The notes under the pieces: model-generated
The model's database searches: none
What the model saw: the letters and a program-made list of their open reading frames with translations, nothing else
What the model was told of the DNA's origin: nothing
Made by a program: the position numbers and the translations under genes
In this document: one piece after another, positions 50,501 to 63,061 of the stretch
Layout: each line of letters starts with the position of its first letter
Numbering within the stretch: the stretch's first letter is position 1
Source of the DNA: Macrostomum hystrix
Taxonomy: Eukaryota; Animalia; Platyhelminthes
Reading direction: 5' to 3'
NCBI GenBank assembly: GCA_950097015.1
Contig: CATNEN010000003.1
Location: 15,252,001-15,316,000, forward strand
DNA length: 64,000 nucleotides

Positions 50501-51539
50501 AATCCGTTGGCCTGCCGAGGGCGCAAGACCAAGCTAGCGGGTGTCGTCCGAAGTTCGAATCCGGACGACCCAACGGATCGGCGCCGTAGGCTAGAAGCAG
50601 GCGCAGGAGACGAACTCGACGTTGAAGCTGTTCGCCGCTGCTGCCGGGCAGTCGGACTGCGATGAGTAGAGGACTCAGTCCGTCAGTAGGATCGGCCATA
50701 GAGTCAATTGGTCTGCAGCCCATAGCAACAATGTGATGTCGGCAGGCCTTCAAATGATTTCGGAACAGTGTTTTCAGTGTGTTATATCTAGTCCGGAGTC
50801 TAACAGTATGTTCTAGACCCGTGTCTAACAGTGTGTTCTAGACCCGTGTCTAACAGTGTGTTCTAGACCCGTGTCTAACAGTGTGTTCTAGACCCGTGTC
50901 TAACAGTGTGTTCTAGACCCGTGTCTAACAGTGTGTTCTAGACCTGTGTCTAACAGTGTGTTCTAGATCCGTGCCTAACAGTGTTCTGTTCTCGTGTCAA
51001 ATAGTATTCTAAACCTGTGTCTAACAGTGTGTCTAGCAGTGTGTTCTAGCCTAGACCAGTGTCTAACAGTGTGTTCTAGACCAGTGTCTAACAGTGTGTT
51101 CTAGACTAGTGTCTAACAGTGTGTCTAACAGTGTGTTCTAGACCAGTGTCTAACAGTGTGTTCTAGACCAGTGTCTAACAGTGTGTTCTAGACCAGTGTC
51201 TAACAGTGTGTTCTAGACCAGTGTCTAACAGTGTGTTCTAGACCAGTGTCTAACAGTGTGTCTAACAGTGTGTCTAACAGTGTGTTCTAAACCAGTGCAA
51301 CTGTGTTCTAAACCCGTGTTTAACATTGTACTTACAGCTAGGTCGCAAGCTCGAATCGCATCCATTAGACCTCTAGCCAGGTGAGAATTTTCGACAGTAA
51401 CGCGTCCAGTCTTCTTGTTGCTAGGCAACGGGGCTAGCCAGGGCAGTCCTCGCCCGCTGGTAACTAACACGCGCTCCGTCGTAGTAGACGTCAAGTTTGA
51501 CGATTTCGACACAAACTTTTCGCTTACATTCGGGTACAT
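47429..51539 (-). CDS. Ankyrin-repeat protein, ANKRD63/ANKRD34-like (~363 aa, 3 exons)
   Basis: Exons 51539-51336, 50747-50242 and 47810-47429 (an alternative donor at 50256 would end the CDS at 47664). Ankyrin repeats DGLSPLLIAVRLP, RLLLAYGADP, GRHPLAWSC, GDTCLHLAAAAGCLECVRLLLSWHRRFGVPID...NLAGCTA resemble ANKRD63. The exon-2 acceptor is a weaker AAG. Confidence 0.72.
47945..50170. repeat. Compound minisatellite: 24-bp unit (47945-48960) then 19-bp unit (48960-50170)
   Basis: gagaatggtgtctaacagttctta followed by ccagt(g/a)tctaacagttaaa. Confidence 0.97.
50795..51325. repeat. 25-bp minisatellite, intron 1 of the ankyrin gene
   Basis: Unit gtgtctaacagtgtgttctagacc(c/a). Confidence 0.93.
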
Positions 51540-51919
51540 TTTGACGCAGCATATAAAACGGAAAAGTGTTTAGGATCCTGGATAGTCTTTGAAAAGTCGC
51601 TCTTTTATATATCTTTTCAAAGGATTTAGCAACGATAAGCAGGCTTGTGATTTATGCGTTACTTACTGTATTACTGCTCCGAGTTGTTCTAGCCTATCGA
51701 AAGCATATAATATACCTGTGCACTCCTACATACACCTAACAAACCTGCTAAGTAAATATCGTCTGTACTGGCTCAGACCTGCAAATGCTTTCCTTGTATT
51801 TACTCTAGGCAAATACAAATGCACACTACAATTTTGACTTTTCGTGCCGTTTATCGTAGATTTTTGCTGCATCTGGAAAAACAGGCATGTTCAATAAAAT
51901 GCCTTGCTGAAGGATCAAC

Positions 51920-52490
51920 ACAAGGAATCGAACCAAAAATCGCAGCAGGATTCGTACAAGGAATCGAACGAAGAATCGCTGCAGGATTCGCACGAGAAAT
52001 TGAACCAATAATCGAACCTAAAATCGCAGCAGGATTCGCAAGAGGAATCGAACGAAGAGTCGCAGTAGGATCCGCACGACGCACGAGGAATCGAACGAAG
52101 AATCGCAGCAGGATCCGCGTGAGGAATCAAACCAAAAATCGCAGCAGGATTCGTACAAGGAATCGAACCAAGAATCGCTGCAGGATCCGCACGAGGAATC
52201 GAACCAAGAATCGCTGCTCGATCGGCACAAGGAATCGATCCTCGCAGCAGGATCCGCACAAGTAATCAAACCAAGAATCGCAGCAGGATCCGCACGAGGA
52301 ATCGAACCAAGAATCGCAGCAGGATCCGCACGAGGAATCGAACAAAGAATCGCAGCTGGATCCGCACAAGAAATCGAACCGAGAATCGCAGCAGGATTCT
52401 GACAAGGAATCGAACCAAGAACCACTGCAGGATTCGCACGAGGAATCGAACCAAGAATCGCAGCAAGGTTCGCATGAGAAATCGAATCGA
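51920..52490. repeat. 36-bp CpG-rich minisatellite upstream of the ankyrin gene
   Basis: Unit gaatcgaaccaagaatcgcagcaggatccgcacgag. Confidence 0.9.
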
Positions 52491-53199
52491 GATTCGTATC
52501 TTGAATTGCAGCAGGAACAATACCCAAATAAAAAAATTGAGCCGGTGTTTAAAACAAAATTATCAATTTTCAGTCCAGTTCAATATTGTAAAATTCGAGT
52601 ATTTTTTCTAGTTTTATTAGCGGTCGCACGCTCGGTCGGGGCCAAATTAAACAAGAAGAAAACACAATTACAGAAGACAGACATAAGAAGCAAATATTTA
52701 AATATAAATAAAAAAAAGAAAATGCTTTTCTTCTATTTAAACAAATTTCCTAGTTCATATTAATTTTTAAAAAAGAAGAAATTATCAATTAAAACAAAAC
52801 ACAAACTGTAAAATTGGTGACAGAAACAACAATTTAGACAGCAGATTTTAATGGGACTTTAGACACAAATATCAGACAGACAGGCATTATGCCATGAAAA
52901 CAAGAGCTTGAGAATTTCTCAAAGAACATGACATCTGTACTAATAAAAATATAGAAACTTTTTATCTAGTTAGTAGAGAAACCATGTTTGTTATATTTGT
53001 TAAAACTAAATCGGCACTTTTTTTAAACTTAAAAAATTATGCCCCACTCTGCGTCATTAAATCTTATTATTTGCTTTTGTCTCGTTTAACATTTTCCCTA
53101 CTTTACTTGAGATCTCATCAAAAGTGAAATTTTGCACTTAAAAATTAAAATGTAAAATTATAAACCCCATATTGGAGTTTGGATATCTAAAAAAATCTC

Positions 53200-53594
53200 A
53201 CTTTTTTCTAAATCTAAAATCTCATCTCTATCAAATCTCAAATCTCATCTCTATCAAATCCAAAATCTCACCCCTATCAAATCCAAAATCTCACCCCTAT
53301 CAAATCCAAAATCTCACCCCTATCAAATCCAAAATCTCATCACTATCAAATCTAAAATCTCATCACTATCAAATCCAAAATCTCACCCCTATCAAATACA
53401 AAATCTCATCCCTATCAAATCCAAAATCTCATCACTATCAAATCCAAAATCTCATCACTATCAAATACAAAATCTCATCGCTATCAAATCTAAAATCTCA
53501 CTCCTATCAAATCTCAAATCTCATCCCTATCAAATCTAAAATCTCACCCCTATCAAATCCAAAATCTCACCCCTATCAAATCTAAAATCTCACC
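53200..53594. repeat. 22-bp minisatellite just 3' of the TTC13 stop
   Basis: Unit approx. ctatcaaatccaaaatctcacc(c). Confidence 0.92.
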
Positions 53595-53643
53595 GCAATT
53601 GACTCTCAAAATATCCCTCATAGGAAATTAAGAATTCAGCCAA

Positions 53644-56600
53644 TCACAGCGGGGGACAGTCAGCAGAAGCTCCCGCACCAATCATCTCCAGCACCGACCG
53701 CAGGTTTGGCATTGTTACAGGCAGACTCACGCAGTCGCCATTCTCAGCGCCGATGGATTTAGGCAAAACTGACGGCTTCAACCACTGCCTGGTTACCAGG
53801 GCGAAGGCGTCCGGGGTGCCGGCAAGCACCGGCTCCAATTCCAGCGACTTGCCCGGAGGCACCCGGCCACCGACACTGATGCCGCCGGCTAGGAGTAGCC
53901 CGATAGTCACTGAAAAGGCTGCCGGGCCGCTGCGATGAGACAACGGCATGGCGTTAGTCAGGTAGTAGAGCAGAGTCAGGATGCGACTAATGGCCTGCTC
54001 GCTCACCTGAGGTTTTAGGGGAGATTAGGGATAAAATTGTGTGTAGGACAGATTTTCAATCTTTATTTGAATACAAACATTAAACTGTACTGCCTGACCT
54101 ACATCAATCTCTACTCATCAACCTACCTCAAACTCTACTCATGAAGCTACCTCAAAATCTACTTATGAAACTACCTCAGTCTCTACTCATGAAGCTACCT
54201 CAAAATCTACTCATTAAACTACCTCAAACTCTACTCATTAAACTACCTCAAACTCTACTCATTAAACTACCTCAAACTCTACTCATTAAACTACATCAAA
54301 CTCTACTCATCAACCTACCTCAAAATCTACTCATTAACCTACCTAAAACTATACTCACCGATTCTACCTTACACTCCAACTCATCATCCTACAAAACTAT
54401 TCTCAAACTGTGCTCAGACTGAGTTTACCAGGCTCGGGCCGGGATTAGCCAGCCGACCAGCGCGCATGTCGGTGAGCAGCTCGTGCAGCAGGTGATCTAA
54501 CTCGTCCCTGTAGGACCGCAATCGCAGTGTTTTCAACCGGATTCGAACACCCAGAGAGCACGAGCCGCCAACTTTGGCATCCTCGGTCAGGTAGATGTAG
54601 GCACCCTCGTGCCGCATTTGGTCGCGAAATTTTGTACTGGGCACCTGGGTGCCAACCACAAGCCCGTTGTCCTCTTCTCGATAGGTCCTACGTCGTTTTG
54701 CTATGGCGAGTACCTAGTAGGGGATGCGAGACTCTGGAGATGTGTCTTAAAAAATCCTATTAAGACTCATTATTAAAATCCCTAAAGACACATTATTTTA
54801 ACATCTCTAAAGACACATTATTAAAATCCCTAAAGACACATAATTAAAATCCCCAAAGACCATTATTCAAATATGTAAAGACACATTATTCAAATCCCTA
54901 AAGACACATTATTAAAATCCCTAAAGACACATTATTCAAATCCCTAAAGACACATTATTCAAATCCTTAAAGACACATTATTCAAATCCTTAAAGACATT
55001 ATTAAAATCCCAAAAGACACACTATTCAAATCCCAAAAGACACATTATTCAAATCCCTAAAGACACATTATTCAAATCCCTAAAGACACATTATTCAAAT
55101 ATGTAAAGACACATTTTTCAAATCCCTAAAGACATTATTAAAATCCCTAAAGATACATTATTCAAATCCCAAAAGACACACTATTCAAATCCTTAAAGAC
55201 ACATTATTCAAATCCCTAAAGACACATTATTCAAATCCCTAAAGACACATTATTCAAATCCTTAAAAAGGATCCCTTACTTAATATTTCCCTTTCTTATC
55301 AAATCTCAAATCCTTCATAAAAAGCCAAATCTATTCCTTACCTGTTCCAGAGTCTGAGCAGTATCAAACTCTCGTTTCTCGTCCTGGTTACCAGAGCTAC
55401 CGGGTCCTCTACTATGCTCAGTCATAGTCTTGGCCAGTTGAAATACCAGATTGAAATACGACTGCAGAGGCGGATTAGGCACGCCGCGGTGTACAATGGC
55501 GTGAGTGAACAGCAGATCTGTCGCCTCATTAGCCGTATCGCCTTTCGGCAGCAGATTGTAGACAAGCAGAGCAGGCTTAGTCAAATCAGCCAATTGAATG
55601 TATTTAGCGGCTAAATCAATCAGTGATAGCCAACCAATAGACTGATTATCCGATAGGCCGTGAGTGGCATTGTACACCAATTGGCCAATATGAATGGAAG
55701 CTAAACCAAGAGCGAATAAAACTCGTTCATTGTTAGCCGACCCGTCTGTATCGCTGCGAAATGATTGGCCAACGCGTTTAGCTAGACAGATTAATTCCTG
55801 TTGGCGAAAGTTGTAAGATGTCACATCTGGCACTGTCACGTCTCTGATGAGGGATTAGGGTATAGTTTGAGCTCAGATTAAAGCATGTATTAAATATGAA
55901 ACTCATTAATCTAGCATACAAGAAACCTTCTCAAACTGGTCGACACCTTCTCAAACTGGTCGAAACCTTCTCAAACTGGTCGAAACCTCAAACTGGTCGA
56001 CACCTTCTCAAACTGGTCGAAACCTTCTCAAACTGGTCGAAACCTTCTCAAACTGGTCGACACCTTCTCAAACTGGTCGAAACCTTCTCAAAATGGTCGA
56101 AACCTTCTCAAACTGGTCGAAACCTTCTCAAACTGGTCGAAACCTTCTCAAACTGGTCGAAACATTCTCAAACTGGTCGAAACCTTCTCAAACTGGTCGA
56201 CACCTTCTCAAACTGGTCGAAACCTTCTCAAAATGGTCGAAACCTTCTCAAACTGGTCGAAACCTTCTCAAACTGGTCGAAACCTTCTCAAACTGGTCGA
56301 AACATTCTCAAACTGGTCGAAACCTTCTCAAACTGGTCGACACCTTCTCAAACTGGTCGAAACCTTCTCAAAATGGTCGAAACCTTCTCAAACTGGTCGA
56401 AACATTCTCAAACTGGTCGAAACATTCTCAAACTGGTCGAAACATTCTCAAACTGGTCGAAACCTTCTCAAAGTGGTCGAAACATTCTCAAACTGGTCGA
56501 AACATTCTCAAACTGGTCGAAACATTCTCAAACTGGTCGAAACATTCTCAAACTGGTCGAAACATTCACAAACTGGTCGACACCTTCTCAAAATGGTCGA

Positions 56601-59600
56601 AACATTCTCAAACTGGTCGAAACATTCTCAAACTGGTCGAAACATTCTCAAACTGGTCGAAACCTTCTCAAACTGGTCGAAACCTTCTCAAACTTGTCGA
56701 GACCTTCTCAAACTGGTCGAAACCTTCTCAAACTGGTCGAAACCTTCTCAAACTTGTCGAGACCTTCTCAAACTGGTCGAGACCTTCTCAAACTGGTCGA
56801 AACATTCTCAAACTGGTCGAGACCTTCTCAAACTGGTCGAAACATTCTCAAACTGGTCGAAACCTTCTCAAACTGGTCGACACCTTCTCAAACTGGTCGA
56901 AACCTTCTCAAAATGGTCGAAACCTTCTCAAACTGGTCGAAACATTCTCAAACTGGTCGAAACATTCTCAAACTGGTCGAAACCTTCTCAAAGTGGTCGA
57001 AACATTCTCAAACTGGTCGAAACATTCTCAAACTGGTCGAAACATTCTCAAACTGGTCGAAACATTCTCAAACTGGTCGAAACATTCACAAACTGGTCGA
57101 CACCTTCTCAAAATGGTCGAAACATTCTCAAACTGGTCGAAACATTCTCAAACTGGTCGAAACATTCTCAAACTGGTCGAAACCTTCTCAAACTGGTCGA
57201 AACCTTCTCAAACTTGTCGAGACCTTCTCAAACTGGTCGAAACCTTCTCAAACTGGTCGAAACCTTCTCAAACTTGTCGAGACCTTCTCAAACTGGTCGA
57301 GACCTTCTCAAACTGGTCGAAACATTCTCAAACTGGTCGAAACCTTTTCAAAATGGTCGAAACCTTCTCAAACTGGTTGAAACCTTCTCAAAATGGTCGA
57401 GACCTTCTCAAACTTTTCAAAATGCTCAAAATTCTTAGAAACGCCTTTACTAAGGCGACTATGTGAAGCCTTCACAAGCCTAAAAGCTATTTCTAATTCG
57501 TTTTTCAAACTAAAAAAGAACCGAGGAGTTTACGAAGTAAAAAATGTAAGCATTAAAAAATAATAATAAGCAGGCTACTTACTCTTGACTTGGCTGAAGA
57601 CCAGATTCTTCACGATAGTTTTTCTAGAAATTGTGTTTAACAAAATGAAAAAAATGACACACTAAAAATTATCATGATAGAGTTAAAGTATCGACATAAT
57701 CAAACGGCAATTAATCAATACATTGCAGTAAAGCAATATTCGATATTGTTAGCTGTCTCGTCTAACAATCAAATCGTGAAATTCAACAGTTGCATAGTCT
57801 AGCAATCTCTTTTATCCCCTAATCCCAACAGTAGTATAGTCTAGCAATCCATTCTATTCCCTAATCCCAACAGTTGCATAGTCTAGCAATCCATTCTATT
57901 CCCTAATCCCAAACAGTTGCATAGTCTAGCAATCCAGTCTGTTCCCTAATCCCAAACAGTTGCATAGTCTAGCAATCCAGTCTGTTCCCTAATCCCAAAC
58001 AGTTGCATAGTCTAGCAATCCATTCTATTCCCTAATCCCAAACAGTTGCATAGTCTAGCAATCCATTCTATTCCCTAATCCCAAACAGTTGCATAGTCTA
58101 GCAATCCAGTCTGTTCCCTAATCCCAAACAGTTGCATAGTCTAGCAATCCATTCTATTCCCTAATCCCAAACAGTTGCATAGTCTAGCAATCCATTCTAT
58201 TCCCTAATCCCAAACAGTTGCATAGTCTAGCAATCCAGTCTGTTCCCTAATCCCAAACAGTTGCATAGTCTAGCAATCCATTCTATTCCCTAATCCCAAA
58301 CAGTTGCATAGTCTAGCAATCCATTCTATTCCCTAATCCCAAACAGTTGCATAGTCTAGCAATCCATTCTATTCCCTAATCCCAAACAGTTGCATAGTCT
58401 AGCAATCCAGTCTGTTCCCTAATCCCAAATAGTTGCATAGTCTAGCAATCCATTCTATTCCCTAATCCCAAACAGTTGCATAGTCTAGCAATCCATTCTA
58501 TTCCCTAATCCCAACAGTTGCGCAGTCCACTCACAGAATCTAGCAGCGATTTTCCGAGAATCAATCGGGTTCTGAATTCTCTCTGCAAATCCGTAGTGAA
58601 ATTCAACGCCTCCCAGCTAGTATCCAATCTACCGCGCAGAAACCTAGCCCACTCGCGCAGATAATGACTGCGAAGAAATTCTGGCGACGCGGCAGTCGCT
58701 GGCTGACTGTCCTGCACCATGATGCCAGTGGAGGCGCGAATGCTTTCATAGAAACGTCCCAGATTGGCCAGGGCGGCAGCCTGACGGAATAGACAAACGG
58801 GACAGGTCGGATGCAGTGCCAGACAGCGCTCAGCGTGGACCAGAGTTTGCCGACAATGCCCGGCAGAGTAGTGCGACATGGCGGCCAACTTTTGTGCCGC
58901 GTAGGCCTGCGAGTGGCATTTGATGCGAGGGTAGATAGCAGAAGTAGATAGAAGGGTAGATATCAAAAGAAGAGTGAAGGGTAGATATAACAGTAGAGCA
59001 AGGAGGAAATAGCAGAATTAGATGAGTGGAGGGTGGTTAGCAGAAGTAGGCAGAAGTAGAGTGTATAGTAGATAACAGAAGTAGAGTGTGTAGTAGATAG
59101 CAGAAGTAGAGTGTGTAGTAGATAGCAGAAGTAGAGTGTGTAGTAGATAACAGAAGTAGAGTGTGTAGTAGATAGCAGAAGTAGAGTGTGTAGTAGATAT
59201 CAGAAGTAGAGTGTATAGTAGATAGCAGAAGTAGAGTGTGTAGTAGATAGCAGAAGTAGAGTGTGTAGTAGATAGCAGAAGTAGAGTGTGTAGTAGATAG
59301 CAGAAGTAGAGTGTATAGTAGATAGCAGAAGTAGAGTGTGTAGTAGATAGCAGAAGTAGAGTGTGTAGTAGATAGCAGAAGTAGAGTGTGTAGTAGATAT
59401 CAGAAGTAGAGTGTATAGTAGATAACAGAAGTAGAGTGTGTAGTAGATAGCAGAAGTAGAGTGTGTAGTAGATAGCAGAAGTAGAGTGTGTAGTAGATAG
59501 CAGAAGTAGAGTGTGTAGTAGATATCAGAAGTAGCTTAAAAGGTAGATAGCAGAAGTAGTGTGTAGTAGATAGCACAAGTAGATTAAAAGGTAGACAGCA

Positions 59601-62600
59601 GAAGTAGAGTGTATAGTAGATAGCAGAAGTAGATTAAAAGGAAGATAGCAGAAGTAGAGTGTATAGTAGATATCAGAAGTAGATTTAAGGGTAGATAGCA
59701 GAATTAGAGTGTATAGTAGATATCAGAAGTATATTAAAAGGAAGATAGCAGAAGTAGTGCGTAGTAGATAGCAGAAGTAGATTAAGAAGAAGATAGCAGA
59801 AGTCGAGTGTATAGTAGATAGCAGAAGTAGATTAAGAAGAAGATAGCAGAAGTAGAGTGTATAGTAGATAGCAGAAGTAGATTAAGAAGAAGATAGCAGA
59901 AGTAGAGTGGGCAGTAGATAGGCTCTGACTGTACCTGGTCGGGCCTGACGCCAGCAGTGTCGGCAGACAGCAGGGGGGCCAACAGTTGCGCAACCCGCTG
60001 CGTAGCGCCAAGTACACGATGACAGTCGGCCATTCTCAGTCGGGCATCGACAAGGCCGGGCGCCTCGTCCAAGGCCTCCTTGTAGGTCTCGGCTGCGTTG
60101 CGCAAGCGGCCTAAGCGAGTGTATGCGCTGCCCAGCACGAGCAGCAGGTGAGGGTCGCGACCGTGCAGACGGACAGCTGATTTGGCGTCCTGCGGTGCGG
60201 TTGGGATGGACAGGCTAGATGGGACAGGCTAGATGGGACAGGCTAGATGGGACAGGCTAGATGGGACAGGCTAGATGGGACAGGAGCTAGATGGGACAGG
60301 CTAGATGGGACAGGCTAGATGGGACAGGAGCTAGATGGGACAGGCTAGATGGGACAGGCTAGATGGGACAGGCTAGATGGGACAGGCTAGATGGGACAGG
60401 CTAGATGGGACAGGCTAGATGGGACAGGCTAGATGGGACAGGCTAGATGGGACAGGCTAGATGGGACAGGCTAGATGGGACAGGCTAGATGGGACAGGAG
60501 CTAGATGGGACAGGCTAGATGGGACAGGCTAGATGGGACAGGCTAGATGGGACAGGCTAGATGGGACAGGCTAGATGGGACAGGCTAGATGGGACAGGCT
60601 AGATGGGACAGGCTAGATGGGACAGGAGCTAGATGGGACAGGCTAGATGGGACAGGCTAGATGGGACAGGAGCTAGATGGGACAGGCTAGATGGGACAGG
60701 CTAGATGGGACAGGCTAGATGGGACAGGCTAGATGGGACAGGCTAGATGGGACAGGCTAGATGGGACAGGCTAGATGGGACAGGCTAGATGGGACAGGCT
60801 AGATGGGACAGGCTAGATGGGACAGGCTAGATGGGACAGGCTAGATGGGACAGGCTAGATGGGACAGGCTAGATGGGACAGGCTAGATGGGACAGGCTAG
60901 ATGGGACAGGCTAGATGGGACAGGCTAGATGGGACACGCTAGATGGGACAAAAATGATGATAATATACCTGAAAGGCAGCCTCATTTTCGCCAAGAGCAA
61001 AGTTGATAAGGCCCCTCTGTAGAACCAGTTGCCAGCTAGTCTTGTCGATGTTGATAGCATTGCTCATATCATTGAATGCTTGAGCATAGTTACCGATTAG
61101 AAATTGAATCTGAGCTCTTCTAACATATAGGTTGGGATTTTTGCTTTGCACCTTAAGCGCATCCGTCAGTAAATTGACAGCTCGATTGCCGTAGTTCTGC
61201 AGAATCAATTAATAAATATTACAATGTTAATAATGTACTTCTGACAGTTTAACATTTTAGATAATGATCATTAAAGCATAAATCCATACAGAGAGTTAAA
61301 AGACCTTATTTATTAGAAATACTGATATACTAGACTGAATGTTAAAAAATGTCTTTACAGCACTACTTATTAGGCAAATACATCAGTAGTACGTTCATAC
61401 AAAAGCTAATATTTTACTTTAAATTGCAGAAAAGTTTTTCAAAGTAAATAAACAATCACTGACAGAAAACCGAAAAGAAATTGAAAATTGTCTAAAAGCA
61501 AAGAAGAAGGCTGTTAAAAATACTGTTGAGGAAAAACAAAAGCACAGATTTGTTTTGCAATGATTTTTGCTTCACGATAGTAACATACAACCCGCTGTAA
61601 GTCTTACCGGAATATAATTCTGAAATTAGTTTTCGAAGCTAAAATTTAGTAAACGCTAAAATAATTACTTTTTATTTTTTTAATCGTGGAGGAAGCAGTG
61701 GAGTGACAGTAGATGTAATGGAGTGACAGTAGATATTGTGGAGTGACAGTAGATGTTGTGGAGTGACAGTAGATGTTGTGGAGTGACAGTAGATATTGTG
61801 GAGTGACAGCGGAGGCAGTGGAGTGACAGCGGAGGCAATGGAGTTGACAGTACATGTAGTGGAGTGACAGTGGAGTGACAAAGGAGGATGAGAGTGAAGT
61901 GACAGTAAATGTAGTGGATTGACAGTAGATGTGGTGGAGTGACAGTAGATGTAGTGGAGTGACAGTGGAGTGACAAAGGAGGATGACAGTGGAGTGACAG
62001 TAGATGTTGTAGAGTGACAGTGGAGTGACAGCAGATGTAGTGGAGTGACAGTGGAGTGACAAAGGAGGATGAGAGTGGAGTGACAGTAGATGTAGTGGAG
62101 TGAAAGTGGAGTGACAAAGGAGGATGACAGTGGAGTGACAGCAGATGTAGAGGAGTGACAGTGGAGTGACAAAGGAGGATGACAGTGGAGTGACAGTGGA
62201 TGACAGTGGAGTGACAAAGGAGGATGACAGTGGAGTGACAGTAGATGTAGTGGAGTGACAAAGGAGGATGACAGTGGAGTGACAGCGGAGTGACAGCAGT
62301 CAAGCTGACAGTCGGATACTGTAGGTGACAAGAAGAGGCAGGTGGGACAGTGGAAACAGGACACCAGTTCAGCTCACCGCATGGTCCATTCGAAATTGTG
62401 CAATGGCAAGAGCTGTCAAGGCCTCAGGTTGGTTGGGATATTCCTAAAAAGCACAGTTACAAGCAGATATCAAAGAAGTAAATGAATGCCTAAATACAAA
62501 ATCTTAATTTTAAGTTGAAAAAAAGAAATTACCTTTAAGAATCGTTCATAATGTTCTATAGCCTTATCCAAATAACCAGTGTTCATGAGAACTAGACCAA

Positions 62601-63061
62601 ATGCTGTAAAAATAACTGGTTAATGATGATAATTGATGATTACGTTTAAGTCAAAATATTTGAAGGAATTTTTAAACTTACAGAATCGTTTTAACAAAGA
62701 CTCAGATCCAAAATCAAATGTGAGAAACTTTGAAGCAACAATATGGCGAGCATAGTTCTGAAATGGTACACATATTCATATATAGCTATACACTTTCAGC
62801 CTAAAGAGATGAATTAAAATTATTAATCTAATAAGTAACTACTCACATGAAATTGGGTTTTGTTGAATGGTTCAGATTTTGAACAGACAGAACAAGCACC
62901 AAATGGGCAAGTCTCTACAATGAAGAACATGTTTAACAATTCAGATTTTTTATTCTAACATTACATAAGTAATATTTGTTTCAATTAATCAGATAATTAC
63001 CAAGTGAGCTGTGACAGGCCGATAACACATCCAAATCACTAGCATTATCATTGAATGCTGC
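53644..63061 (-). CDS. TTC13: Tetratricopeptide repeat protein 13; ~800 codons visible, start exon not located
   Basis: Exons 63061-63001, 62914-62847, 62757-62682, 62603-62533, 62443-62378, 61619-61608 (microexon), 61196-60969, 60189-59935, 58906-58535, 57623-57583, 55843-55342, 54713-54429, 54006-53644; phases consistent. TPR helices plus TTC13-type motifs YLREWARFL, GLQP, FTHAIVHRG and LLYYLTNAMPLSHRS...GRVPPGK...PNLRSVLEM. Confidence 0.88.
54095..54360. repeat. 24-bp minisatellite, TTC13 last intron
   Basis: Unit aaactacctcaaactctactcatt. Confidence 0.9.
54748..55265. repeat. 23-bp minisatellite, TTC13 intron
   Basis: Unit aaatccctaaagacacattattc. Confidence 0.93.
55923..57415. repeat. 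20-bp minisatellite (~74 units), TTC13 intron
   Basis: Unit aa(c)cttctcaaactggtcga; stop-free in all + frames, producing spurious 400-500 aa ORFs. Confidence 0.97.
57787..58520. repeat. 43-bp minisatellite, TTC13 intron
   Basis: Unit cagttgcatagtctagcaatccattctattccctaatcccaaa. Confidence 0.95.
58930..59920. repeat. 25-bp purine-rich minisatellite, TTC13 intron
   Basis: Unit gatagcagaagtagagtgtgtagta, grading into an alternating two-unit form. Confidence 0.95.
60205..60950. repeat. 14-bp minisatellite, TTC13 intron
   Basis: Unit gatgggacaggcta with occasional +ag variants. Confidence 0.97.
61697..62300. repeat. gtggagtgaca-based mosaic minisatellite, TTC13 intron
   Basis: 11-bp core joined to gtagatgta or aaggaggatgaca modules. 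Confidence 0.92.

Noticed and set aside
55896-57466. Three overlapping 400-494-aa ORFs
   Set aside because: By-products of a stop-free 20-bp repeat cycling through frames, antisense within a TTC13 intron.
54748-58520. CCCTAA telomere-like hexamers in two arrays
   Set aside because: Single hexamers per unit, never tandem (TTAGGG)n; not interstitial telomere.
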